NCBI RefSeq assembly: GCF_036321535.1
Contig: NC_087437.1
Location: 103,170,001-103,234,000 of the forward strand
DNA: 64,000 nt
DNA from: Camelus dromedarius
Lineage: Eukaryota
Direction: 5' to 3'
The notes under the pieces are model-generated. The model did not search any database. It was not told where the DNA came from and saw only the letters and a program-made list of their open reading frames with translations. This document shows positions 52,271 through 64,000 of the stretch, piece by piece. The position numbers were made by a program, and so were the translations under genes. Every line of letters begins with the position of its first letter. Position 1 is the stretch's first letter.

Positions 52271-53564
52271 AAGTAGCCCAAACTCATCAAGATGTTTAAA
52301 AAAAATAGTTATATCGATTCCTTTGGATCACAATTTCTTCAAGTCATTATTAAAATATATTAAACCTAATTTAAAACACATGACTTACCAAATCTTTGTT
52401 TTACATATACATTTTTTTCAGAAATGGTTTTCTCAAAACCAAAATTTGCATCTGTCCCTGTATCTGTCACTTGTAATACACATCACTCACATACTGAGCA
52501 TGCTGTTATGATGCTGAGTGATAAGTGTATTTCATCTTTAAGAAAAGATCATTATAATTTTATAATGTTATGTAAGCAAATTTTTACCTAATCATATTGA
52601 GTCATCTTTGAATAATTCTATAAAAGTGTCTTTTTTTTTCCCTCTAGATAACACAATATCGCCAGTTTAATCCTGTGTTTTTCCATTGCCCTCATTCTCC
52701 TAACTACATTGTTATAGCTCAGTAGTCTGCCCTCATATTCAATTACAGGCATTTAACATTTGATCCGTTTTCTCCATACCAGCCCCTCTGCCATGTCTAC
52801 TTTCTCAGTCAGCATATTCCACCCTAGTCTCAATCATCTCTTTCCTGGATACTTTGCATATGATTTTCCTGCAACTACATGCCAAGAAAAATTGTCTCCC
52901 AACTTCCCCGACCTCTTCATGATACGACATCAGAAAGGTCATAAGTACCATAGTTCTTTTAAAGTTTGCCCCTAGTTTAATATGATTTCTTAAAATATTA
53001 ACTGGAAAATACAAGTAAACCATTTATTCTAAAAATGATAATTTTAAAAATATTTCTAAGCAGATACTTGTAAAGTGTATTATCTGTCAAAGCAAACTGG
53101 TAAGGCCATCATTTGCAAGCTTAAGCCTTAAAATTAAAATAATTCTGTATGGAACATTTAACACTTCTTTTGAGGAATTTTGACTGTATTTTTCTTTTAA
53201 CAAAGTGATGATCTATTAATGGCTGTGACTTTTTGACAGAGTATAGTTAGGGTTATGATAATATTCATTATCTTTCCCAAAGGGAATCAAGAAGTATATT
53301 AGTAAGAAGAGTCACTTAGAGTTTTTTATTCTAAGGAAAATTTGTAAAAAATATTTCAAATCCGTAACATGTCAGTTGCTTAAAATGGTATTTGAAAACC
53401 AGACAATAGCTCTCAACAATTATGAAATCGAAGTCTGCCAGTGAATTTATTTTTCCTGTCTCTTGAGATAAGTGTTTCTAGGATTAGATGATTTCTTTTT
53501 TAAATAATTGTATAATCTTTTCTAATTTGGGGTTTAATAAAATTGTTCTCTTTTATTTTTTAAG

Positions 53565-53769
53565 ACACACTTTTTAATGGTCTTGGGCTTGGAGCAGTCA
53601 TTGGTCTGGGAGTTGCCGCCCTCTTGCTAATCCTTGTGGTAACAGATGTCAGCTGCTTCTTTATCCGACAATGTGGGTTATTGATGTGCATCACCAGGAG
53701 AATGTGTGGGAAGAAAAGTGGCTCCAGTGGCAAAAGTAAAGAACTTGAAGAGGGAAAAGCTGCATACCT
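53565..53769 (+). CDS. NCAM2: NCAM2 transmembrane exon (about exon 16)
   Basis: Acceptor ttttattttttaag|AC, donor TACCT|gtgagt; 205 nt, phase 1-2. Encodes (D)[67 protein letters not shown](L): a TM helix plus the juxtamembrane Cys cluster typical of NCAMs. Confidence 0.97.
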
Positions 53770-54424
53770 GTGAGTATCACACATCTGCACCAATGGTAGC
53801 CATTTCGTACATCATTTTTATTGTTGAGTCACTTCTATGCATTTTCCTGTATACATTTAGGAGCGTATGGTCTCATAAATTATTTTCTAGACTCTAGATA
53901 TAGGAGAATCCATTTTGCATGGCTGCATTTTTTTTAAATCTCCAAGCCTATTTCATTCTACTAGGCAATTTGTCTATATTTCTTATGGATATTCTGTAAG
54001 GAATAGTTTCACTTCATGGGATGATAAATTAGATAGCCTACATTTTCAATCTTAAAAAAGCAGGTTACATTCACAATCAAAATGTCACCTTCTTACTTGT
54101 TGGACACAACACATAGCAAAGAAAAAACCAAAATTAGACTCTACTTCATGCTTGAAAGAGATATTAATCACATAGCAAATATGGTGGAAACAATTCACTA
54201 TCCGGTATATTTTATTTTGCTCATAGGAACGTGTTTTACTTCCTAATAACTTGCTGTATTTTTAAATTGTCTTATTAACTAAACAAACATGTCATCAAAT
54301 TTAGTTTAGTTTCTTTTTCACATAGTGAGAAAACTATGTACTATATACCATAGTTACACATTTATATATATATGATACATATAAATATACACACACATAA
54401 CTCAAAACTGAATTTTATATATCT

Positions 54425-55250
54425 TCATTCTTGCTCAACTATTCACTAAATGGAATAAATTGTAGGTAATAAGCATTGTTATATAATCTAGGGATCAAGT
54501 GGTGAACAAAACAAACAAGAACGTTGTTCACATGGAATTCATATTTTAATGCATGAAGACAGATAATAAACATTAAAAGTAAAAATGTCTGGTAATGATA
54601 AGCACTAGGAAAAACGAAAAATAGAGTGATAAACCATTACTAGAGGTTGGATCATTTAAGACCTCTCAAGGGAGGTGAAACTTAAGCTGAAGAGTGAGTG
54701 ATAAAGACCCAGAAATATAACCATGAGGGGAGGCAATTCTAAGCAAGTATTTTTGTAACAATATATACACAGATTGTTAAGACAGGGGGAAGCTTACTCT
54801 GTTAAAGGCCAGATGGATCTGAATGGAGTGAAGCAGAGACAGAAACAGGTATAAATATCAGGCCGGAGAATTATCTTAATACGAAAGTATTTAATCTTCT
54901 TTGGGTCAAAGTAAGGAAAAGTATTTTTTAAATAGAAAGCTACTAAATTTTTTTTTCCCCTAAGATTTCTTTAGCTACTAGTGAAGAATGGATTACTGGA
55001 AGGTTGGTATATGTAGAGGGAAGGTTTAAAATCAAGGAGACTGGGTAGAAGAATCTTGAGATACACCACATGAAAAATTATGGTCTTTTGTACCAAGCTA
55101 GTGGTACTATAGGCATAGAAAAGTGCATAGCATTAGATAGAATCAAGGTAGCATCAGCTACTGCTGACTGATCTGCCTTGGAGAGAAAGAGAAATCAAAG
55201 AAGACCTTCCTGTTTTTGTTTTAATTAACCAGAGGGATGGTGGTGACTAT
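54425..55250 (-). mobile_element. L2 remnant
   Basis: ctagggatcaagtggtgaacaaaacaaacaagaac…cacatggaattcatattttaatg…agacagataataaaca, then L2-body motifs. Confidence 0.7.
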
Positions 55251-55735
55251 GTGCAAAACAACAAGATATACCCAAGTTCTGCTGTTTATTTTTATTTGAA
55301 TATTAATTAGTAATTTATCCACAAACACTTCTGTTTGTAATTCCTGCCGAGTTTAATTAACCTTAAAGACTTGGGAAGATGAAAACACATGGTTCATTCC
55401 ATCTTGTTATCCATCATAGCTTTTTAAGTCACAATTTCCTCTGCCTTTGGAAAAGAGTTTTCAACTCTTTTTTGAAAATTCATTGTTCAAATTGGAAAAA
55501 AATTATATAAAATATCAGTCAGAAAAAGGATATAATTGATTTGATTAATTGGATTTACACTAGCTTCTAAACATGATCTCAAGCATTCTGAGACTAGTCC
55601 TTTCTTGTTATCACAAGTTATAAGATCATGTAGGTTTATTACAAAACACATTAATCACACACTTAGAGCATTCACGTTTAAAGAACAGTATATTGCAGAA
55701 AAAGAAGATTAAAGTCAATGGCATACAAGATGGCT

Positions 55736-57096
55736 TCATGATTCTGATGTCACTTAAAGTATAATTAAATGTAATTTATACAGGGTAGGAATTAGACTCA
55801 TGGAGATTATATGTGTGCTTTGGATATATTCACCTAAGGGTAAGTAAACTATACACTTGGTATTCCTTGCAGCATTTATTATAATAGAAAAGATTGGAAA
55901 CAATCTCAAACTGATCTATATATATTTATTCATATATATGCATGTATATATTTTATTGCAATTTGTCTCACATAACAATGCACGACAGTAATGTCTCGTT
56001 TCAGTTCATGAATTTCTCACTCTTTCTGTATAAGTAGTATTCTATAGATTGTATACCATGTATACCATAATGTATTTATCCATTTATCTATTGTTTTAAT
56101 TTAGATGAAACTTTCAATATCTTTATAAATTACTGTTATATTGTTATAATTGTTATAATTTAGATGAAATTGTCAGTATCTTTATAATATTGAAGTAAAT
56201 ATGATGTTTTGAACTTCATTTTTACCTAAATCCTATTGTAAATATACATGAAACTCCTACATGTGGGATGGAAGATCAAAACTGAAAAATGCTGGCAAAT
56301 TGCCCATGAAAGACAACACCAGTTCACACTTCCAAATAATCACAGATTATAAATTTTCCTGTAGCTTTTCAAACATTGAATATTATCAATTTTTTTATCC
56401 AATAAATGAAAAATATCGTTTAAATTTTGTTTTTTCTGATCTGTGTTGAGTCTATTTGTTTTATGATTTTGTTTCCTCTTCATATTCTTTACACACTTTC
56501 ATAGAGTTATTTAACTTTTCTTTCACTTGTTGATTACATAACGTGACCCTTAATCATTGGATGTTGCATTTGTTGCAAATATTTTTCCCAATCTATCCCA
56601 AAGTTTGGATTTTGCTAATGATGCCATTATTTATATGAACTTTACATTTTTATTTATGAATTGATGAATTGTAAAAAATGCTTATGCAGTGAGCTATTGG
56701 GAGAGTCAGCCAGTTGGGTTCTAAGACACAACCTCTTAACTGCTCTGCTATACTTGTCATCATTTTCTGCTTAATAATCAGTTCTAGAAATCGTGCTGGA
56801 ATTTATATAATGTTTAGAAGTCTGTCAGTTGTAAAATTTTCTATAAATGTTGGCATAAATTTTATGCCAATTTAAACAAAATATTGCCTTGTCACTCTTT
56901 AGAATTCCGTAGGCAATATTGATCATGATTCTGATGTCACTTAAAGTATAATTAAATGTAATTTATACCAGGCAGGAATTAGACTCATGTAGATTATATG
57001 TGTGATTTGGATATATTCACCTAAGGGTAAGTAAACTATGCACTTGGCATTCCCTGCAGTATTTATTGTAATAGAAAAGATCAGAAACAATCTCAA
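55736..57096 (+). repeat. 174-bp dispersed direct repeat: copies 55736-55909 and 56923-57096
   Basis: Ungapped manual alignment, 12 mismatches in 174 nt (about 93%), offset 1187 bp. Confidence 0.95.
55940..56670 (-). mobile_element. Ancient L1ME-like remnant (antisense)
   Basis: gtagtattctatagattgtatacca…tttatccatttatctattg…tgttgcaaatatttttcccaatct: degenerate antisense L1 motifs. Confidence 0.5.
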
Positions 57097-57470
57097 TGTT
57101 TGTCAGTTGGTGACTTCAATACATGGTGGTGAATATCCATAATGGAATATGTAATGGGATAGTTTGCACCATGGAAAAGATTGAGGCTGCTCTAATGGTT
57201 TTTTATGGGCTCCAACTAATACCTAGTGTTAATTGAGAAGGCAAAATTAATGTAGTTAGTGTATTACCATTTGTGTAAAAATAATGCATTTTCACACATA
57301 TATGCTGGCATATGCCTAGAGAATCTTTCGAAAACAAGGCAATTTTCTGTCTGATAAATAACTAAATATCCTAAATATCCTACAAACAGAAAATGGTAGG
57401 GAAATTCATGTTTCCCTCTACACCATTTTGTGGTATTCTATGCTACAATATGAATATGCTAGCTAGTTAA
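57040..57470 (+). mobile_element. Ancient L1ME-like 3' remnant (sense)
   Basis: gcagtatttattgtaatagaaaagatcagaaacaatctcaatgtttgtcagttgg…atccataatggaatat…taccatttgtgtaaaa. Confidence 0.5.
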
Positions 57471-58269
57471 AAATTTTTAAAAAATCATTAAAAGCAAAAA
57501 TAAGTATTTTAGGACAACTCACCATTTTCTCTTGTTACTCTATTTCCTTTCAAAAATGTTTATTTTTATCCTTTCTAGTTTAAAGTTGTCCACTTACCTG
57601 TTTATTTTTGGTAAGAAAGGATACAATTAAAATCCAAGATCACTATCTGTTCTACCTTTTCTTTGCATTCTGTTTATTTCATCTTGATCTCTACCTATCA
57701 TTAAAATAATTAAAAATAAAATCCAATTTTAAAAATCACTTTTCTGCTCAGAATAACCAATATCTATGTTTTTTCAAACAGTATTAACCTCTATGTCATG
57801 AAGACTTTTTTTAAAGGAATCAGTTGAAGAATATCAACAACAGCAAACAAACAAATTTAAAAGAAAACAACATAAAACTAAAATCTAATGGTGACCAACT
57901 TCTTAATTCTCTTTATTATTACATACATCTTGCTGACCTGGAGCCTCAGAACAGAGAATGTTGTTAAAAATGTTTGAATCACCAGGTCCCACGGACAATT
58001 GAACATGAGAGATGTAAAAAGTTCTTCACTAGTGACTTCTAGATTTTCTTCAAAGTTTTATCTGTGTCTATGTGAGGTACCTACATACTCAAATAAGAGC
58101 AACAACACCACACCTGCCACCTGATCAAAAGTGTTTTATCTTCCTCAGTATTTTTCTTTTTAGGTTTCAGCATTTGTGAGGTCTGTTAAATATTTGAGCC
58201 ATTGTTGGGTTTCTGTTGTTTGCCTTCTTTTAAATGTAATCCTAGTTAACTTGATTTTAAAGACCTAAT

Positions 58270-58745
58270 TTCACTGTCATATATCTACCATTACAGTATC
58301 AAATAGAAAACTTTCACTGCCCTAATATGACCAGAGCTCCACCATTACTTCCTGCCCTCTTTCCCTCACCCTGGCAACCACTGATCTTTTTACTGTCTAC
58401 ACAGTTTTGTCTTTTCCAAAACATCATTTAGGTGGAATACACAGTATGGACATTTTCAAACTGGCTTATTTTCCCTAGAAATTTGCATTTAGGGTTCTTC
58501 TGTGTCTTTTTGTGGCTTGATAACTCATTTCTCTTTATTACCAAATAACATTCAATTGTATGGATGTACCACAGTTTATCCATTCACCTGTTGAATGACA
58601 TCTCAGTTGGATCAAATTTTTGGCAATTATGAATAGAACTTCTTTACAGATTCATATACAGATTTTTGAATGGATATAAGTTTTCAAGTCATTTGGGTAA
58701 ATACGTAAGAGTGCAATTATGGGACTGTATGGTAAGGTTATATTC
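58270..58745 (-). mobile_element. L1MC/MB-type 3' region remnant
   Basis: cctggcaaccactgatctttttactgtct…agttttgtcttttcca…ttttcaaactggctt…tggatgtaccacagtttatccattcacctgttgaa. Homologous to 41880-42130. Confidence 0.75.
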
Positions 58746-59594
58746 CTGGGTGTTTGAAAACCCCATCCCTTCCTAATTTTCATTTGTACCAGTAATCTGT
58801 ATGAAGAGTACATCATTCTCAGCCCTTATATCTTACTTCACTCTTTATCATTAGCAAATGCCTTTCTTATTTTCCCTTCTTTTAATTTTTTTGTGCTATG
58901 AAACTCTGCAGTAAAATTTCTGTTTATAATTATGATAAATTATACTTAATTTCAGATTTTAGAAATCCAGTAAAGATAACATGGATAATAAATCATAAAT
59001 GAAAATAATCATGCATATATGTTACAATATTGTTTTTATTTGAACTATTTGGTGAAAACATAAATATATTAAAAGTCAATTATTGCATTATAGTCAAAAT
59101 AATTCATATAAATTCACACATACATTTAAATCAATAAAATGTATCTTATATATAAATTTTATCTTCAAAATTTTTAAATAGAACCTAAGTTTCTGATGTT
59201 ATTTTTCAAATAAAATTTTTTTTAAAGTGCATGGCTAGTTAGTGGGGAAAAGCTACTTCATTTCATAAACTGTATTTAACAAAATATTTTCCTTTATTTC
59301 CAAAAAGAAACTGCACTATCAAATTTAAAATTTGAACTACTTTTCAAAATATTTAACACAATTTTGATAAGAAAAAGAATTCTAGACAAAATGGAATTTC
59401 TTCTATTTTTTCTGAGGGAATAATATATGGCTAGATGAATTTAAATGTTAAAAAATTCTTAATGATATTCCTATTCTGACCATATTGGATTTATTTAAGG
59501 GGTGGTGGGATTTTTGTGGATATTTTAAACTATGTTCCATAATGCATCCATTTTTACATTTCATACATAATATTTTTAAATTTATTTTTTCTAG

Positions 59595-59714
59595 GAAAGA
59601 TGGATCAAAAGAACCTATAGTGGAGATGAGAACAGAGGATGAAAGAATTACTAATCATGAAGATGGGAGCCCAGTAAATGAGCCAAATGAAACCACACCA
59701 CTAACAGAACCTGA
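59595..59714 (+). CDS. NCAM2: NCAM2 cytoplasmic-domain exon (about exon 17)
   Basis: Acceptor tttattttttctag|G, donor CCTGA|gtatgt; 120 nt, phase 2-2. Encodes [39 protein letters not shown](E), with the NCAM-family KEPIVE.RTE and [12 protein letters not shown] motifs. Confidence 0.97.
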
Positions 59715-62202
59715 GTATGTAGCGTGAAATGTTTAATTATTTTTGGATAAGTGCTTGTAAAGTGGTTAACACGTTATCATTATTTGTAGCTTGCATTGAC
59801 AAATAACACCATTATTAAAACCATGTTGTTTCTTCTTCAGTGAAAGTACATGTGAGTATCAAAAATTGAGATATTTCATATGAAGATTTTGGATCAATGT
59901 CAGAGAAAATCTACTATTCAAATATATATTCGTAATTTTATGTAAAAATATCAAGATGATAGAAGCATGTTACAGAGTTGGGTTTTCCTACATTAATCTT
60001 ACTGTTTAAGAAAGTGATACTTTCAAAATACAATTGATTTTTGCTGAGATAAAGATGTGTCAGGATATTAGTCATTGCTTTGGATATGCATAGAATGGCC
60101 TAAAATAGAAATAAATAGTGTGAAATATATACAAATCTATTTAAAAAAATATGTATATATATTGGTCAAGAAGACAAAGAACTGGTAAATAGTCTATCAT
60201 TTTAATGTCTCTATAGTACATGATGTTTGGTCTCCATGCAAGATTGTGTCGTCTACTTCTTTCTGCACCCATCAGAACCCCATTAAAACCATAATAAATA
60301 TTTCAACTAAACCTGCAAAGATGATGTTCATGACTAGGAAAGTTAAAATGATTAAAACCATAGGCATTATATTAAGTAGTAATACCAGTGTTCTACTGAG
60401 TATATTTGATACTATCATGGCTATCATATTATTCTTTAAACCCTGCTCACCAAAATGACTTTGAAATTTTATTGTTTTTCAAAACAAATATCTCTTCCTC
60501 GGCCAGCTAGCATTCTCTTGCAGAGAAATTTGATTTAGGCTCCTCGTACTAAATCAAAGGCTGAGTGTTGTCACAGGTGAAGAAAGTAACTTGTTTCAGA
60601 AATGTCCTTTTTCAGCTCTCAAGGGAATGAAATGATTAATATTTAGACAAATACAAAGCTCTACTCTGTAGCTTAAATTTTGGCTTAAATCTTTAGGCCC
60701 TTTTTAGTGACTGCATTTAGAGATTATTATGTTCTAGCTTGACGTTAACTCTTGTAGAGGCAGCTTTCACAAGGTGGGTTCTGTGTACTCCCTTTCAGAA
60801 ATCAGAAGCCTTTTCAATGAAGCAAAAAAGCCTTTTCAACAAAACAAATTCCTAACTATTAATTAACACTTACTCTAATATATTGGTGTGTATGAAAACT
60901 AGTTAAGAAAATGCCCTTACATAAAGCAGGACTATATTTTGAAACAAGACAAAACTAGGTGGTTTAATAACTATTCTGGTTCTCAGTTAAAGAAAAGGAA
61001 TACTCAACATAAAAATAATCGAATTAATAGTACTCTTTAAAAATATAATTTAACATAAATATAAGTAGTGAAAAAATATATATGCGAAAGTACACTATCC
61101 ATGAATTAGTTATAAACACTGGTTAATTACAAATTCAGTACATAGTTCTGTGATTAAAAGCGGTGTTAAGCATTATGCTAAGCTCCCATTCAAGCTTTAA
61201 ATCTCTGTACATTTTGATGCTAGAAATAACCCGTTGTTTCTATAATCTTTTATTATCAATATTTTCAGTACTTGGGAATGGGAGAAAAGAAGTGTGAATG
61301 CACCATTTATAATATACATAAATGTAGCTTGCCCTAGTAGTTACAAAGTACATGTTTCTTTGTTCTCAGAAATGAATCATAGTTTCTGCCCATGACTTAC
61401 TTTTGATTGGTTAGTTTTCACACAATAGCTTTGACTTTCAGAATATTTCTTACTCTTCTCATTCAGAAATATAAAAGAAATTGCAAATGAATTTCAGAGG
61501 AAATACCATAGTAGCATTCACTGCTTCATAAAATGTTGAGATTAAAGTCACAGAGGTGAATTGGAATTCTGTGTGTAACTTAATTTTTTTTGATGTGAAA
61601 AAATATTTTGTCAGAAGAAGAAATTTTATCCTTGAAGCCATGTGCACAGAAATAGTAGTAAAACACTGAATCTAAGACTGGTAGAAAAAACTCAAAATCT
61701 TGATTTGTTGTCATCATAGTATGATTTGTAAAACTGTCTTAATATTAAGAAATAAAGGTTGTTTCAGAGTTTAAAATTGGAAACAACTCCCAAACAAGTG
61801 CTCATAAATTATACAAAAGTAATAAGAAAAAAAAAGTGAAAAAAGACTAGGTAAAGAAAAGAAATAGAGTAAATATAAAAAAATGAGAAAGTCCTGAAAT
61901 ACATTTATTTGCATTAAGTTCCAAAGATTATTACTAATTCACTCAGCATTTATAGTTTATGTAATAATATGTCAGCAACTATTGATTATTTTTACTTGAA
62001 AAACTTAAGTACTAGTAAATCTTCTATTAAACATATAAAATTGTTTTGACTTTTACATTCCAAAACACTTTCATTATATTTTTAATACATCAGTGGGTTA
62101 TCAAATCTAAGCCACCCCATAATGAATGATTTGGTACATCTAAATCTGCCACTTCAAAGTGCCTTAGCAAATTAAGTTGATTATTTTTGTATTCTCTTCC
62201 AG

Positions 62203-62314
62203 AAAATTGCCCTTAAAAGAAGAAAATGGGAAAGAAGTCCTAAATCCAGAAACTATAGAAATTAAGGTTTCTAATGACATCATTCAATCAAAAGAAGACG
62301 ACAGCAAAGCGTAA
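62203..62314 (+). CDS. NCAM2: NCAM2 terminal coding exon of the transmembrane isoform (about exon 18)
   Basis: Acceptor attctcttccag|A. Encodes (E)[36 protein letters not shown] with stop TAA at 62312-62314; NCAM2 C-terminus. Confidence 0.96.
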
Positions 62315-64000
62315 CAGCAAGATTACAGAGTCATGATCAACGCAACAAAGAGCATTTGCATTGCCGTGAACCCCATGACCAAAACTATTCCACTGACCTT
62401 AATTTCTCGGGAAACTTCTAGCTTGGAATAGCTTGTATACATATACATATGATCAAATACTCCTGCCCATGGTCTGTTTCCTTTGGTTGTTGTTGTTGTT
62501 GTTACTGTTGTTGTTTACTTTCTTATGAATTTCAGTATAGAGACCTGACTGGCACCAACTCTTTGTATCAATTTGACCTTATGATTCAAGTCCTGCAATT
62601 TATTATATGGCTAAAGTGCTCTATTTCTTAAGAACTATACTTCATACCACAACCTCTACACAAATAGGGGTTTAAGAAAAACCAAAACAGAGTCTTTGTG
62701 AGCTAAATGCATAAGAAAGCCCTGCATGTTTTTTAATCCAGTCGTGGGCAAAAAGATTATTAAGGTGAATTTCAGTTTAAGATGAAACCACTTAATAAAG
62801 CTTACACTTTTCATTCGGAGAATTTCAGGGAATTTAGGCTTGAAGGAGCCAGTTATCTTTAGTAGACGTTAAATACTGAGAGAAACTTTGGAAAACTCTT
62901 TTTAAGTTATAATTACAACATGGATTTTTGACAGACTGAAGTGCCAGATCAAAATTGTTACCCATTTGAGCAAATATTAGTTGTGTGTAAAATTAGATTA
63001 GAAAGATTCCGTAAATCTCGATCTCTTTATATATGCCATATTCACTCACAGTGGATTACACACACAAAAAATGTATTGCAAGTGAAAATAATATTGATTT
63101 CTGCCCTCAGCTTCAAATAAAATAAATTGAAATGGGAACAATATCAATGTTGTCTTGATATATTTATAAATATGTGATTTTTTTTACTTTTTAAATAAGT
63201 TTATCAAAAAAAGTCATGTTCAAACACTTGATCATATCTTCAGACACATTTTTGCCCATTGTTTTAAATAATCTTTGTTTAAAAATTAATTTTCCCAGTG
63301 TTATTGGTCAATCATTATACGTAATTGGCTAATAGGAATTCAAATCCTTAGTGGTTAAATAATGGAGAAATTAACATTTAAACATTGTAATGAAAGTGTA
63401 AATGATAAATGATTGAATTACCACTAACTGTTTTTATTCTGGATGTTGTAGCTAGAAGTCATTTTAAAATTTTGATAAACAATTCTGGTTGAAGAAATTC
63501 CTTAACTATTCAACACAAACTTTCTAATAGTACCTGTTAGTAATATATACCAGAATAAAATACTTATTAACTTCCAAGCTATGCAAGCTCCCAGAGGTAA
63601 AAGGATGAAACATGATTTCCACTTACATGTAAGGTAAAAAAAAATGTATTTATGATTATAAATATACGTACCAATTGGGAGCAGGTTTTAGATTATCCCT
63701 TACCCTAGAGAGCCAAAGGTTTCTTTAGGCCCCATCATGTTCATAAGCTTTCGTGTTTCAGGTGGTATCATCTCTCAAATATTGACTGGTTGGGGAATGC
63801 ATACCAATAGAACATTGGAGGAAAGTCTTAACAGTGCAGAGCGACCTGTTTTAGGATGTCTCTCTACAGAGATCATTTGATGAATATTAAATATAACACT
63901 AACGACACTCATAAACACTTTCATTTACAAAGTGCTTGGAACTGTCAGCCAAGGAAAGACAGCTAACTAATTCTCCAAAACTTTGATTATTATAGGACAG
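62315..64000 (+). other. NCAM2: NCAM2 TM-isoform 3'UTR (true end uncertain, may extend beyond the window)
   Basis: Follows the stop codon; no recognisable transposon. AATAAA hexamers at 62794, 63116/63121 and 63554; interrupted (GTT)n at about 62484-62515. Confidence 0.8.

Noticed and set aside
53560..53897. ORFs 53560..53793 (-) and 53706..53897 (+)
   Set aside because: Antisense and out-of-frame shadows of the NCAM2 transmembrane exon.
60529..60558. 10-bp inverted repeat tttgatttag / ctaaatcaaa
   Set aside because: Short and AT-rich with no supporting context; compatible with chance in 64 kb.
62449..62631. Cys-rich 60-aa ORF in the 3'UTR
   Set aside because: The poly-Cys comes from the (TGT)n/(GTT)n microsatellite.
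1..64000. CRISPR array, operon or other prokaryotic-type system
   Set aside because: No regularly spaced repeat-spacer arrays or long dense ORFs; the window is spliced mammalian gene sequence with retrotransposon remnants.

Overview
AT-rich mammalian genomic DNA, very probably from a camelid judging by three tRNA-Ala-derived SINEs of the Vic-1 type. The window holds the 3' end of NCAM2 (OCAM/RNCAM) on the + strand. Six canonical AG/GT-bounded coding exons (16615-16734, 18749-18870, 26699-26879, 53565-53769, 59595-59714, 62203-62314; about exons 13-18 in human numbering) splice into one open frame. They encode the end of FN3-1, FN3-2, the transmembrane helix and the cytoplasmic tail (…QSKEDDSKA*), followed by a 3'UTR. 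The most interesting feature is missing from the ORF track: an intact, in-phase alternative terminal exon at 33082-33188 inside the 26.7-kb intron. It encodes (D)KCCEANKGENGSQSWQLNAAGFSFILAISVSCMF*, matching the GPI-anchor tail I recall for rodent OCAM-GPI. Around it are a ~157-nt AG-free pyrimidine tract, a competing upstream AG|GT site, RBFOX/QKI motifs, flanking hairpins and a long transposon-poor stretch that may be its 3'UTR. The rest is intron with L1, L2, MIR and MLT2 remnants, a 174-bp local duplication and some smaller structural oddities. I see no prokaryotic-type system (CRISPR, operon etc.). Repeat boundaries and subfamily names are by eye and approximate.
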